Source: Candidatus Latescibacterota bacterium (GTDB lineage: Bacteria; Latescibacterota; UBA2968). Taken from it: 34,896 bases of DNA. The stretch spans positions 1 through 34,896 of the forward strand of contig JAYODI010000007.1 of the NCBI GenBank assembly GCA_038279365.1. Direction: 5' to 3'. Positions within the stretch are counted from its first letter, which is position 1. Each line of letters starts with the position of its first letter. A model generated the notes under the pieces. The model did no database searches. It was not told the DNA's origin and was given only the letters and a program-made list of their open reading frames with translations. Position numbers and translations under genes: made by a program. Positions 9,826 through 18,693 of the stretch are shown one piece after another.

Positions 9826-10530
9826 GTGGGCAATCGTACACGCCCATTGGAAGAGCTTCAGGTTAAACTGCAATACACATTCTCCAACCCTGATCTCTTA
9901 ATCCAGGCATTGAAGCACCGTTCCTACGTCTATGCTGCTGAAGAAAACAGCATCACGTCCAACGAACGCCTCGAATTTTTAGGTGATGCCGTTCTCGACC
10001 TCATAGTCACCGAATATCTCTACCAAAAATTCCCAAAAAAACGCGAAGGCGAACTCACACAAATCAAATCTTTGCTCGTCAGCAAAGTCGTGTTGGCCGA
10101 GCGCAGCAACAATTTTGGATTGGGGGAATTTTTGCTTTTAAGCAAAGAAGAAACCCAAGCAGGAGGTCGCAAGCGCACCTCCATTATTGGCGATGCTTTT
10201 GAAGCCTTATTGGGTGCCATCTATCTCGATGGGGGCCTTCTGGTGGCACAGAATTTTGTCGAACGCATCATCCTTTCCTTTAGTGACGAAATTCTTACCA
10301 ACAACACCTACCTCAATTTTAAAAGCGTATTGCTCGAACACACACAAAGCGAAGGCAAGGGGCACCCGCGTTATTTGGTCAACGCCGAAGAAGGCCCCGA
10401 CCATCGCAAAATGTTTTCTGTTGAAGTGCTCATTGGTGGCATCTCTCAAGGTGTTGGCCAAGGCCGTAGCAAAAAAGAAGCACAACAAATGGCCGCCAGA
10501 GACGCACTCGAAAAAATGGGTTTACATTAA
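9826..10530 (+). CDS. rnc: Ribonuclease III
   Basis: NERLEFLGDAVL signature, DAFEALLGAIYLDGG, C-terminal dsRBD (GPDH...GQGRSKKEAQQMAA). Start uncertain (see findings). Confidence 0.97.
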   Translation: MGNRTRPLEELQVKLQYTFSNPDLLIQALKHRSYVYAAEENSITSNERLEFLGDAVLDLIVTEYLYQKFPKKREGELTQIKSLLVSKVVLAERSNNFGLGEFLLLSKEETQAGGRKRTSIIGDAFEALLGAIYLDGGLLVAQNFVERIILSFSDEILTNNTYLNFKSVLLEHTQSEGKGHPRYLVNAEEGPDHRKMFSVEVLIGGISQGVGQGRSKKEAQQMAARDALEKMGLH

Positions 10531-10532
10531 GC

Positions 10533-11375
10533 GTGAATGCGCCAACCCCAAATACTTGGCGTTTCCTCAACACACAAGCAGGAAACGCCTTTTTTAATAT
10601 GGCCACAGACGAAGCTCTGATGCAATCTGTAGAGCGAGGGGCCCCCCCCGTCTTTCGTGTTTATGCGTGGTCACCACCTGCCATCTCTTTTGGTTATGCC
10701 CAACGCATAGCTCACGAAATTGATTTGCAAAAATGTCGGGACCAAAACATTCATATTGTGCGAAGAGCCACTGGTGGTCGTGCCGTTTTACATTGGAACG
10801 AACTCACATACAGTGTTATTTGCCACAAAGATGACCCCACAGTAGGCGGCACCATTCAAGAGGCCTACAAAAAAATCAGCATGGCACTTATAGCCGGTGT
10901 CAAACATCTGGGTGCACCCGTCTCATTTGAACCGCGCCGCCAAGCACAACCAAGCCCACGCGACAAAGAACTCACCGCACCCTGTTTTACCAGCACCGCC
11001 CAGCACGAAGTCACACTTCAGGGGCGCAAACTCATTGGCAGTGCGCAACAACGCATCGGCCAAACCATCTTGCAACACGGCTCCCTTTTATTAGGGCCCG
11101 AACACAAACACATTGTCAACCTCTTTCCAAGTGGCAAGGAGAAATTGCAAGAACGCTTCACCCACGCGCTTAATGCCCACACCATCTCATTATCTGAAGC
11201 ACTTAGCCACCCCATCAACTTTGAAACCACCGCCCAAGCACTGCAAACTGGTTGGTCAGAAACCTTTCCCAACACCATCTTAATCACAGACCAACTCGAA
11301 AAAGATGAAGCATCCCAAATTGAAACCCTCATCAAAGAAAAATACGCCACCGACACCTGGAATTTTAAACGATAA
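10533..11375 (+). CDS. lipM: Lipoate-protein ligase family, LipM-like octanoyltransferase (catalytic domain only)
   Basis: NMATDEAL, RVYAWSPPAISFG, VRRATGGRAVLH, GRKLIGSAQ, LQHGSL. 280 aa, with no LplA C-terminal domain. Lies in a FAS II operon. Confidence 0.78.
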   Translation: MNAPTPNTWRFLNTQAGNAFFNMATDEALMQSVERGAPPVFRVYAWSPPAISFGYAQRIAHEIDLQKCRDQNIHIVRRATGGRAVLHWNELTYSVICHKDDPTVGGTIQEAYKKISMALIAGVKHLGAPVSFEPRRQAQPSPRDKELTAPCFTSTAQHEVTLQGRKLIGSAQQRIGQTILQHGSLLLGPEHKHIVNLFPSGKEKLQERFTHALNAHTISLSEALSHPINFETTAQALQTGWSETFPNTILITDQLEKDEASQIETLIKEKYATDTWNFKR

Positions 11376-11382
11376 AACACAC

Positions 11383-11796
11383 ATGAATCCTATGACTTGG
11401 ACTTTTCACCCCCTTAAAGATGAATCTCGTCTCAAGTCTGCATGCCTAGTTTTGATCATCATCGCCACATCTTTTATCATCGGATGGAGTTTTCAAAGCA
11501 ATACCTTTGCTTGGGTGTCTTTTATCTTGCTCACAATTGCCATGGCACGTTATTTTTTACCTACAAAATACACATTAGATGAAACGGGCGTCACCATTTC
11601 AATGATGGGGCATCAAAAAAAATTTATCTGGGCACAATTCAAGCGTGCCGATCAACATCCCGATGGCATCTTTCTAAGCCCATTTTCAAAGCCACATCGT
11701 CTCGACACTTTTAGAGGGCAATTTCTCAAAACAGGCACACAAACCCAAGAGATATTTCATGTCATCCAACAACACACCTGCCCAAAATCGCCTTAA
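11383..11796 (+). CDS. Hypothetical membrane protein (2 TM helices plus a small beta-rich, PH/YcxB-like domain)
   Basis: ATG 11383 lies 7 nt after the lipM stop. Two hydrophobic helices are followed by YTLDETGVTI...WAQFKR...GIFLSPF. Confidence 0.7.
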   Translation: MNPMTWTFHPLKDESRLKSACLVLIIIATSFIIGWSFQSNTFAWVSFILLTIAMARYFLPTKYTLDETGVTISMMGHQKKFIWAQFKRADQHPDGIFLSPFSKPHRLDTFRGQFLKTGTQTQEIFHVIQQHTCPKSP

Positions 11797-12112
11797 AGAT
11801 TGGTGGAATCACGCATTTGCCGTTTCCCCTCCCGAACAGGCCATTACCGAAGACGACGAAATCCTCGCCAAAAGGGTGGCCACATTTATTGTAGGGAGAA
11901 AACTTTCGGCTCCGGCCATTATGCTATTAGAAACAGGACGCCCCCTTAATTACATAAGCAGTCAATTTTTAGTCTTTCTATCACCCTTCATATCCATTAT
12001 CTTCTCCAACAACCAAGAATTTGACCGCTTTACCCAATTCATCGAAAAACGAGACAGTATTTCTTGTATCATCAAACACATCGAAAAACTGGAAGACCAA
12101 CCCCATGGATAA
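11759..12112 (+). CDS. Hypothetical helical protein
   Basis: 117-aa ORF overlapping both neighbours. Protein-like pattern LSAPAIMLLETGRPLNYISSQFLVFLSPF. Confidence 0.7.
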   Translation: MSSNNTPAQNRLKDWWNHAFAVSPPEQAITEDDEILAKRVATFIVGRKLSAPAIMLLETGRPLNYISSQFLVFLSPFISIIFSNNQEFDRFTQFIEKRDSISCIIKHIEKLEDQPHG

Positions 12113-13898
12113 ACTCGACGTGATCATTGCCACAGACTGTGGCAGTACCACGACCAAAGCCATTCTCATAGAAAAAAAAGGGGACGTGTACCGCCAAACG
12201 TATCGAGGTGAAGCCCCCACAACCGTTGAAGCCCCCTATGAAGATGTGACAAGAGGCGTTCTCAATGCCATTCAAGAGGTAGAAGAGCTTTCTGGGCGCA
12301 AAATACTCGACGGTGAAAACTTCATTACCCCAGCCCAAGACAACACAGGTGTCGATATCTACATCTCCACCAGCAGTGCCGGTGGCGGTTTACAAATGAT
12401 GGTCGGTGGCGTTATCCAATCCATGACGGGTGAAAGCGCCCAACGCTGTGCCTTAGGTGCAGGTGCCATTGTGATGGACGTATTGGCCTCCAATGATGGA
12501 CGACAACCCCATCAAAAAATTGAGCGCATCAGACAACTGCGCCCCGACATGGTCTTGCTCTCTGGGGGCACAGACGGTGGCACCATCAGCCACGTTGTCG
12601 AATTGGCCGAATTTATTGCAGCCGCAGATCCACGCCCTCGTTTTGGTTCGGGTTACAAACTGCCCGTCATTTTTGCAGGGAACAAAGACGCGGCAGAAGA
12701 CATTCAGCGCACATTGGGTGAACAAACCGACCTCACCATCACAGAAAACATTCGCCCCACCCTCGAACAAGAAAACTTAGGCCCCGCACGTCACGTCATC
12801 CATGATATGTTTTTGGAACACGTTATGGCACAAGCACCCGGCTATCGCAAACTCATGGGGTGGACAGGGGCACCCATTATGCCCACGCCCGGTGCTGTGG
12901 GTTTAATGATGCAAACCGTTGCCAAACAACAAAACATCAATGTGGTGGGTGTAGACATTGGTGGTGCAACAACCGATGTGTTTAGCGTTTTCCAAGAAAT
13001 TTTCAACCGCACAGTAAGTGCCAACCTCGGCATGTCTTATAGCGTATCCAATGTTTTGGCAGAAGCAGGCCTTGAAAATGTGATGCGCTGGGTTCCCTTC
13101 GACATCGACGAAGCCGATTTGCGCGACCGCATCAAAAACAAAATGATTCGCCCCACCACCATTCCTCAAATGCTTGAAGAACTACAAATAGAGCAGGCCA
13201 TCTCACGAGAGGCCTTGCGGCTTGCATTTATTCAACATCGTGCATTGGCCGTTGGTTTAAAGGGTGTGCAAACCGAGCGCACCCTCTCCGACGTTTTTGA
13301 TCAAGACAGCAGTGGCGAAAGCCTCATCCAAATGCGTGACCTCGATTTGCTCGTAGGCAGTGGCGGTGTGTTGTCTCACGCACCTCGTCGCACACAAACA
13401 GCAGCCATGCTCATCGACGCATTTCAACCTGAAGGCATCACGCGTTTGGCCGTTGACAGCATCTTTATGATGCCCCATTTGGGTGTTTTGTCGTCTGTCA
13501 ACGAAGTCGCCGCCACACAGGTTTTTGAACACGATTGTCTCGTTTATATTGGCACATGCATCGCCCCCATTGGGCAAGGCAAAACAGGCAGTCCTTGCCT
13601 AACTTATGATATCAACTTACCCACAGGCAAACAAAGCGGCCAACTATTGGTTGGGGATCTCTTACGCTTTCCCCTTCTGGCCAATGAAGAGGCCACCCTT
13701 ACCCTCACCCCAGAACGGGGTTGGGATGTTGGCGCAGGTGTTGGGCAAGCACAAAATACCACCATAAAAGGTGGCGAAGCGGGTCTCGTGCTCGATGGCA
13801 GAGGACGCCCAATTATCTTTCCAGAAGATAAGATTCAACGTGTTTCACAAATCAGCAAATGGAGTGACCTCTTAGAGCTCTACCCCAAAACATCTTAA
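12105..13898 (+). CDS. GlmL/MutL (glutamate mutase accessory/reactivase-like) family ASKHA ATPase, long form
   Basis: Actin-like ATPase motifs DCGSTTTKA (phosphate 1), DIGGATTDV (phosphate 2) and GSGGVLSHAP (adenosine). Family motifs SSAGGGL, GGTDGG, MPTPGAV and RTVSANLGMSYS. ATG 12105 overlaps the previous stop; 597 aa. Confidence 0.88.
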   Translation: MDKLDVIIATDCGSTTTKAILIEKKGDVYRQTYRGEAPTTVEAPYEDVTRGVLNAIQEVEELSGRKILDGENFITPAQDNTGVDIYISTSSAGGGLQMMVGGVIQSMTGESAQRCALGAGAIVMDVLASNDGRQPHQKIERIRQLRPDMVLLSGGTDGGTISHVVELAEFIAAADPRPRFGSGYKLPVIFAGNKDAAEDIQRTLGEQTDLTITENIRPTLEQENLGPARHVIHDMFLEHVMAQAPGYRKLMGWTGAPIMPTPGAVGLMMQTVAKQQNINVVGVDIGGATTDVFSVFQEIFNRTVSANLGMSYSVSNVLAEAGLENVMRWVPFDIDEADLRDRIKNKMIRPTTIPQMLEELQIEQAISREALRLAFIQHRALAVGLKGVQTERTLSDVFDQDSSGESLIQMRDLDLLVGSGGVLSHAPRRTQTAAMLIDAFQPEGITRLAVDSIFMMPHLGVLSSVNEVAATQVFEHDCLVYIGTCIAPIGQGKTGSPCLTYDINLPTGKQSGQLLVGDLLRFPLLANEEATLTLTPERGWDVGAGVGQAQNTTIKGGEAGLVLDGRGRPIIFPEDKIQRVSQISKWSDLLELYPKTS

Positions 13899-13980
13899 CA
13901 GGCGGGCTACAACAAAACACCATTGCCCAGTTTTTATTTTAGCTTTGTTTCTTGCACGACTTTATTTTAGGACTTATCTT

Positions 13981-15099
13981 ATGGCACATGCATATACACC
14001 AGGCCTTCGTGTTACCCGACACACCTCATTACAAAGACGCAGGCAACTGCCCCTTAAAGGCGATGTGTTGGTCCAAGAAGGTGACAAAGTCAAACGCGAC
14101 CAAGTGGTTGCTCGCACCAACTTACCAGGCAAAGTCACCACACTCAATCTCATCAATACCCTCAGTTGCTCCCCTGCCGAACTTAGCAATTATATGCTCA
14201 AAAAAGAAGGCGATGCCATTGAGGCAGGAGAGGTCATTGCAGAAACCAAACCCTTTATCAAATGGTTTAAAACCACTGTTACCGCACCCATTACAGGTAC
14301 CCTCGAAAGCATTTCAAAAGTAACAGGACAAGTCATCTTACGCGAACCACCTCTTCCCGTTGAGGTGCAAGCTTATATCGATGGACAAGTGATCGAAACC
14401 ATTCCAAACGAAGGTGTTGTCATTGAAGCAACGGGTGCCTTTATTCAAGGCATATTTGGTGTAGGAGGAGAAGTTTGGGGGACGTTATACGTCATCTCCC
14501 AAAAACCAGACCACCAACTCACCCCCGATCAACTCGATGCGTCTTGCAAAGGAAAAATCGTTGTGGGTGGCAATTTGCTCACCCTCGATGTCATTCACAA
14601 AGCACGTGATGTTGGGGCTGTGGGTATTATTGGCGGCGGCATAAAAGATGCCGATTTGCGTGAGCTACTCGGATACGATTTAGGTGTGGCCATTACAGGT
14701 TCAGAAGCCATTGGCCTGACAGTGATTGTCACCGAAGGTTTTGGTGCCATCAATATGGCCCGCAAAACCTTTGACATCTTAACCGAAAATTCGGGCAAAG
14801 AAGCCTCCTTGTCAGGTGCCACACAAATTCGAGCCGGTGTACAACGCCCCGAAATCATCATTCCCAACACATCAACCAGTGGCCAAGACGAAACAGATGC
14901 ACCACTTGGTCTGACAAATGGTGCGCTTTTGCGCGTTATCCGTGCACCTTATTTTGGACAAATCGGAAAAGTGGCTTCTTTGCCACCCGAACTACAAGCC
15001 GTTGAGTCAGAAACGCATGTGCGCGTGCTCGAAGTCGAATTCGAAAATGGAGATCGCGCCATTGTGCCTCGAGCCAATGTTGAACTGATTGAAGAATAA
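13981..15099 (+). CDS. Conserved hypothetical protein: tandem barrel-sandwich-hybrid (lipoyl/biotinyl-like) motifs, a central alpha/beta domain and a C-terminal KOW/SH3-like motif
   Basis: VLVQEGDKVKRDQVVA and MLKKEGDAIEAGEVIAE...VTAPITGTLESI; GKIVVGG...ARDVGAVGIIGGG; LRVIRAPYFGQIGKV...VPRANVELI. ATG 13981 follows AGGA. Confidence 0.8.
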   Translation: MAHAYTPGLRVTRHTSLQRRRQLPLKGDVLVQEGDKVKRDQVVARTNLPGKVTTLNLINTLSCSPAELSNYMLKKEGDAIEAGEVIAETKPFIKWFKTTVTAPITGTLESISKVTGQVILREPPLPVEVQAYIDGQVIETIPNEGVVIEATGAFIQGIFGVGGEVWGTLYVISQKPDHQLTPDQLDASCKGKIVVGGNLLTLDVIHKARDVGAVGIIGGGIKDADLRELLGYDLGVAITGSEAIGLTVIVTEGFGAINMARKTFDILTENSGKEASLSGATQIRAGVQRPEIIIPNTSTSGQDETDAPLGLTNGALLRVIRAPYFGQIGKVASLPPELQAVESETHVRVLEVEFENGDRAIVPRANVELIEE

Positions 15100-15171
15100 A
15101 GGCCTGCAACTGTGGTTTGCATCCACCAAACAGGTTAAATCCTCTTCCCTGCTGCCATTAGGAGAACCTCC

Positions 15172-16377
15172 ATGCGATATATTTTGCTTTGTCTCACCCT
15201 CCTATTCTGTGTGTGTTCAGCCCAAGCACAACAGCCTGCTTCCGTTCAAACAATGGACACCCCCAATGATGCAGGTGGCAGCATTACAGTAACCTGGAAA
15301 CGCGCAGACTTGCCCCCCAATACCCGTTACAAAATTGCCATTGGCGAATCACCCAACGGGCCATTTTATCCCGTTACAGACTTGCCCACAACAGCCAACC
15401 TCATGTCTGACGACCCTGCCACATTTGGACACGGTGACGAAACTGCCCAAACACATTTTTTTAATCTTTCCGAATATCCAGATCCAAACAATGCCGAAGT
15501 ATCGGTCAAAATAGAAAACGACAAAACCTATTATATCCAAGTTTCCACACAATTGCCCGATGGCCAAATCCTTCCATCCAACATATCTCCAGCCACAGCC
15601 ATTCAAAATCTCTTCAACAAAACCAAAGCCAACAACTTTATTCTCGGTACTGTTTTTTCACTTATTATCTTACTGGCCATTTACCTGGCACGTCGTCGCG
15701 AAATGTATATTCGCCGCATTGCCGGTCTTGAAGCCTTAGATGAAGCTCTTGGGCGCGCCACCGAAATGGGCAAACCCGTTTTTTTTGCCCACGGGCTACA
15801 CGGCATGGGCAGCGTGTCTACCATTGCAGCCGTCAATATCTTGTCGCGAATTGGACGTCGCACCGCCGAGTTTAACACCCAGTTGCGCGTAGCAAACAAC
15901 GATCCGGTCGTTATGGCCGTCAGCCAAGAAGTGGTCAAAGAATCTTACCTCAATGCCGGCCGCCCAGACGCCTACAATGATGAAATGGTTTTTTTGGCCG
16001 CCACCGAACAATTCAGCTATGCCGCCGCCGTAGATGGGATGATGGTGCGTGAGCGTCCTGCCGCCAACATCATGATGGGTTATTTTTATGCCGAGTCGTT
16101 GCTCTTGGCAGAAACGGGTGCCAATATTGGTGCCATTCAAATAGCAGGCACAGATTCCTACACACAGTTGCCCTTTTTTATTACCACCTGTGATTATACG
16201 CTCATGGGCGAAGAACTCTATGCCGCCAGTGCTTATCTTTCTCGAGAACCCAAACTATTGGGCAGCCTCAAAGGTATGGACGTTGGCAAAGCATTCTTAC
16301 TTGTTACGCTCATATTGGGCACATTATTAGCCACCTTAGGCAATCAAACACTTACGCATATTTTCACAGCTTATTAA
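15172..16377 (+). CDS. Membrane protein with signal peptide, fibronectin-III-like domain and a conserved alpha/beta domain (recalled as DUF6754-type)
   Basis: Signal peptide ending AQA; DTPNDAGGSITVTW and YYIQV beta-sandwich pattern; TM followed by RRR; IRRIAGLEALDEALGRATEMG; YTLMGEELYAASAYL; C-terminal TM. AGGAG SD. Confidence 0.82.
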   Translation: MRYILLCLTLLFCVCSAQAQQPASVQTMDTPNDAGGSITVTWKRADLPPNTRYKIAIGESPNGPFYPVTDLPTTANLMSDDPATFGHGDETAQTHFFNLSEYPDPNNAEVSVKIENDKTYYIQVSTQLPDGQILPSNISPATAIQNLFNKTKANNFILGTVFSLIILLAIYLARRREMYIRRIAGLEALDEALGRATEMGKPVFFAHGLHGMGSVSTIAAVNILSRIGRRTAEFNTQLRVANNDPVVMAVSQEVVKESYLNAGRPDAYNDEMVFLAATEQFSYAAAVDGMMVRERPAANIMMGYFYAESLLLAETGANIGAIQIAGTDSYTQLPFFITTCDYTLMGEELYAASAYLSREPKLLGSLKGMDVGKAFLLVTLILGTLLATLGNQTLTHIFTAY

Positions 16378-16447
16378 CAAAAAATCACGTCATTGTTTTC
16401 GCCTGCGCCCGATCACGTTTTGAAGCTTGTATATAAGGAACCCGCCT

Positions 16448-17104
16448 ATGCTCTTTTTAAGACGCACATTACCGCTGCTCATTGCATTTTTTGTAGGCAC
16501 ATTGGGTATTCTCATTTATTACATCCCACACACTGCCGCACAAGACCTTGAGCAAGAGTTGGCACGTTGGGATCGTATCATTGCCGCATTTGCCATGTTG
16601 TTGGGCATCTACAGTCTCATGCGGTTGCATTTAAGCCGCGTCAAAAGACAGTTGGCAGGCTGGGGGTATAGCTTTTTGGTATTTGTGGGTTTTGGCCTCA
16701 TGATGTTGTTCTCATTGTACAACGACGGCCTTGGACCATTCAAACCCCAAGTCGCAGACAGTGGGCCTTTTGTTTGGATGTTTAACAATGTTCAAGTGCC
16801 TGCCGATGCAACCATGTTCTCCATTCTCGCATTTTTTATCGCATCTGCGGCCTATCGCACCTTTAGAGCCCGCACCCCCGAAGCCGCCATCTTACTCGTT
16901 TCAGCCATCATCGTGATGTTGGGGCGTGTGCCCATTGGCGCACTCATTTCCGAATGGATTCCCTGGTTTGCACAATGGCTTATGGCCGTGCCCAACTTGG
17001 CCGCCAAACGCGGTATTTTATTGGGCGTCAGCCTCGGTGCCATTGCCACCTCATTGCGCATCATTTTTGGCATCGAACGATCTTATCTCGGTGGAGGAGA
17101 ATAA
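16448..17104 (+). CDS. Polytopic membrane protein (about 6 TM), unknown function
   Basis: ATG 16448 after AAGGA. Hydrophobic helices; motifs ILAFFIASAAYRTFR and RGILLGVSLGAIATSLRIIFGIER. Confidence 0.82.
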   Translation: MLFLRRTLPLLIAFFVGTLGILIYYIPHTAAQDLEQELARWDRIIAAFAMLLGIYSLMRLHLSRVKRQLAGWGYSFLVFVGFGLMMLFSLYNDGLGPFKPQVADSGPFVWMFNNVQVPADATMFSILAFFIASAAYRTFRARTPEAAILLVSAIIVMLGRVPIGALISEWIPWFAQWLMAVPNLAAKRGILLGVSLGAIATSLRIIFGIERSYLGGGE

Positions 17105-17934
17105 TGAAAGATTTTTTAATCAACCTCGACCGACGCGTCATTTTCATCTTTGTGGCCATTGGTGTCATTTTGCCCGCCCTCACCACCTTTCCATTGCCCA
17201 TCAAACCCACACCCAATGTGCGAGCCGTTTACGACACCATCGAAGAAGTGGCCGCCAAAAACGGCACGGTGCTCATCTCTTTCGATTATGGCCCAGGTTC
17301 CATGCCAGAAATACAGCCCATGACCTTGGCCGTTTTGCGCCATTGTTTTAGCAAAAAAGTGAAAGTAGTTGGCATGTGTTTGTGGCCACAAGCCGTGGGG
17401 CTTGTACAACAAGCATTGGATACCACATCGAAAGAATTTGGTGTCGAGTATGGCACAGACTACGTGTTTTTAGGATATAAAACAGGGTTTCATTCCTTGG
17501 TCATCAACATGGGGCGTGATTTTCATGGCACATTTCCGCAAGACCTCCAAGGCAATACCACCACAGACCTTGCCGTAACCAAAAATATTTCAGGCCTAAA
17601 AGATTTTGATTATGTCATTTGTCTTGCCGCGGGGAATACGCCCGATGGCATCTGGATTCCTTATGGGCAAGAACGATACAAATTCAAATTTGGCATTGGT
17701 TGCACAGCCGTCATGGCACCCGATCAATTTCCTTATCTCCAATCGGGCCAAATGAACGGTCTCATTGGTGGTTTGGCGGGCGCTGCAGAATACGAAAAGC
17801 TCGTCAACACCCCAGGCACAGCCACCGATGGGATGCGCCCACAATCGGTTGTCCATCTCATAATTATCCTCTTCATTCTCTTAGGCAACACACTCTACTT
17901 CCTTTACGACCGTAAGAAAGGAGGTGCCAAATGA
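17104..17934 (+). CDS. Membrane protein: N-terminal TM, alpha/beta domain, C-terminal TM; unknown function
   Basis: ATG overlaps the previous stop (TAATG) after GGAGGAG. Motifs FDYGPGSMPEIQP, YGTDYVFLGY and PYLQSGQMNGLIGGLAGAAEYE. Confidence 0.82.
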   Translation: MKDFLINLDRRVIFIFVAIGVILPALTTFPLPIKPTPNVRAVYDTIEEVAAKNGTVLISFDYGPGSMPEIQPMTLAVLRHCFSKKVKVVGMCLWPQAVGLVQQALDTTSKEFGVEYGTDYVFLGYKTGFHSLVINMGRDFHGTFPQDLQGNTTTDLAVTKNISGLKDFDYVICLAAGNTPDGIWIPYGQERYKFKFGIGCTAVMAPDQFPYLQSGQMNGLIGGLAGAAEYEKLVNTPGTATDGMRPQSVVHLIIILFILLGNTLYFLYDRKKGGAK

Positions 17935-18668
17935 ACCGCGACAAAATATTCTTTCTCGCTTTTTTAGGTATTTTTGCCATCGTCAACATATCCCTCTTGG
18001 CATCAAACAGTTTGCCAACCAATTGGAATGGTCTGGGCATTATTGTCGCGGCAGGCATCACCCTCTCGCTCTATAGTTTTCTCTACAAAGATAACCCACT
18101 TTTTAAATTTGCAGAAAACCTATATGTGGGTGTGGCTGCGGCCTATACCATGAACCAAGTCTGGTATACGGTTTTATTGGCCGATGTATTAAACCCAACG
18201 TTTAATCTCAATGACCAAACCGGTGGCACCAACGAATGGCTTCTCATTTTTCCGGTGCTGTTGGGTCTTTTTATGTTAACCCAGCTGGCCTCAGACAAAA
18301 TCAACTGGCTCAGCCGCATCGCCTTTGCATTTGTGGTAGGCCTCGGTGCTGGATTGGCTATTCCACGCACCATTGCCGCCAATATTTTGGCACAAATGCA
18401 ACCCTCCATGCAACCCATTACGCCCGATTTGGCAGGGTTCAACCTGTTCATCATCCTCATCGGTGTGGTTACGGTTCTCATCTACTTCTTTTATTCTGTA
18501 GAGCATACAGGCGCAGTGGGCGTGGCCTCCAAAGTGGGCATCTGGTTCCTCATGATTTCTTTTGGTGCCTCTTTCGGATATACCATCATGGCACGCCTTT
18601 CTTTGCTCATTGGCCGTGTCGGATTCTTGCTCGAAACATGGCTCACCTTACAATTGCCTCTGTTTTAA
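17931..18668 (+). CDS. Polytopic membrane protein (about 7 TM), unknown function
   Basis: ATG overlaps the end of the previous ORF, after an AGGAGG SD. Motifs YSFLYKDNPLFKFAENLYVG and FLMISFGASFGYTIMARLSLLIGR. Confidence 0.82.
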   Translation: MNRDKIFFLAFLGIFAIVNISLLASNSLPTNWNGLGIIVAAGITLSLYSFLYKDNPLFKFAENLYVGVAAAYTMNQVWYTVLLADVLNPTFNLNDQTGGTNEWLLIFPVLLGLFMLTQLASDKINWLSRIAFAFVVGLGAGLAIPRTIAANILAQMQPSMQPITPDLAGFNLFIILIGVVTVLIYFFYSVEHTGAVGVASKVGIWFLMISFGASFGYTIMARLSLLIGRVGFLLETWLTLQLPLF

Positions 18669-18693
18669 GAACGACCAAACCAACACCCATACC

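Noticed and set aside
12105-13898. Calling this DNA mismatch-repair MutL, or evidence of a glutamate mutase pathway
   Set aside because: The motifs are actin-like ASKHA, not GHKL, so the MutL name is a homonym. No mutase subunit or cobalamin-binding motif is in the window.
13981-15099. NqrA or RnfC assignment, with the cluster as an Nqr/Rnf complex
   Set aside because: Only the barrel-sandwich motif is shared. There are no ferredoxin-type Cys motifs, FMN-binding S(T)GAT-type subunits or RnfA/D/E signatures in the membrane proteins.
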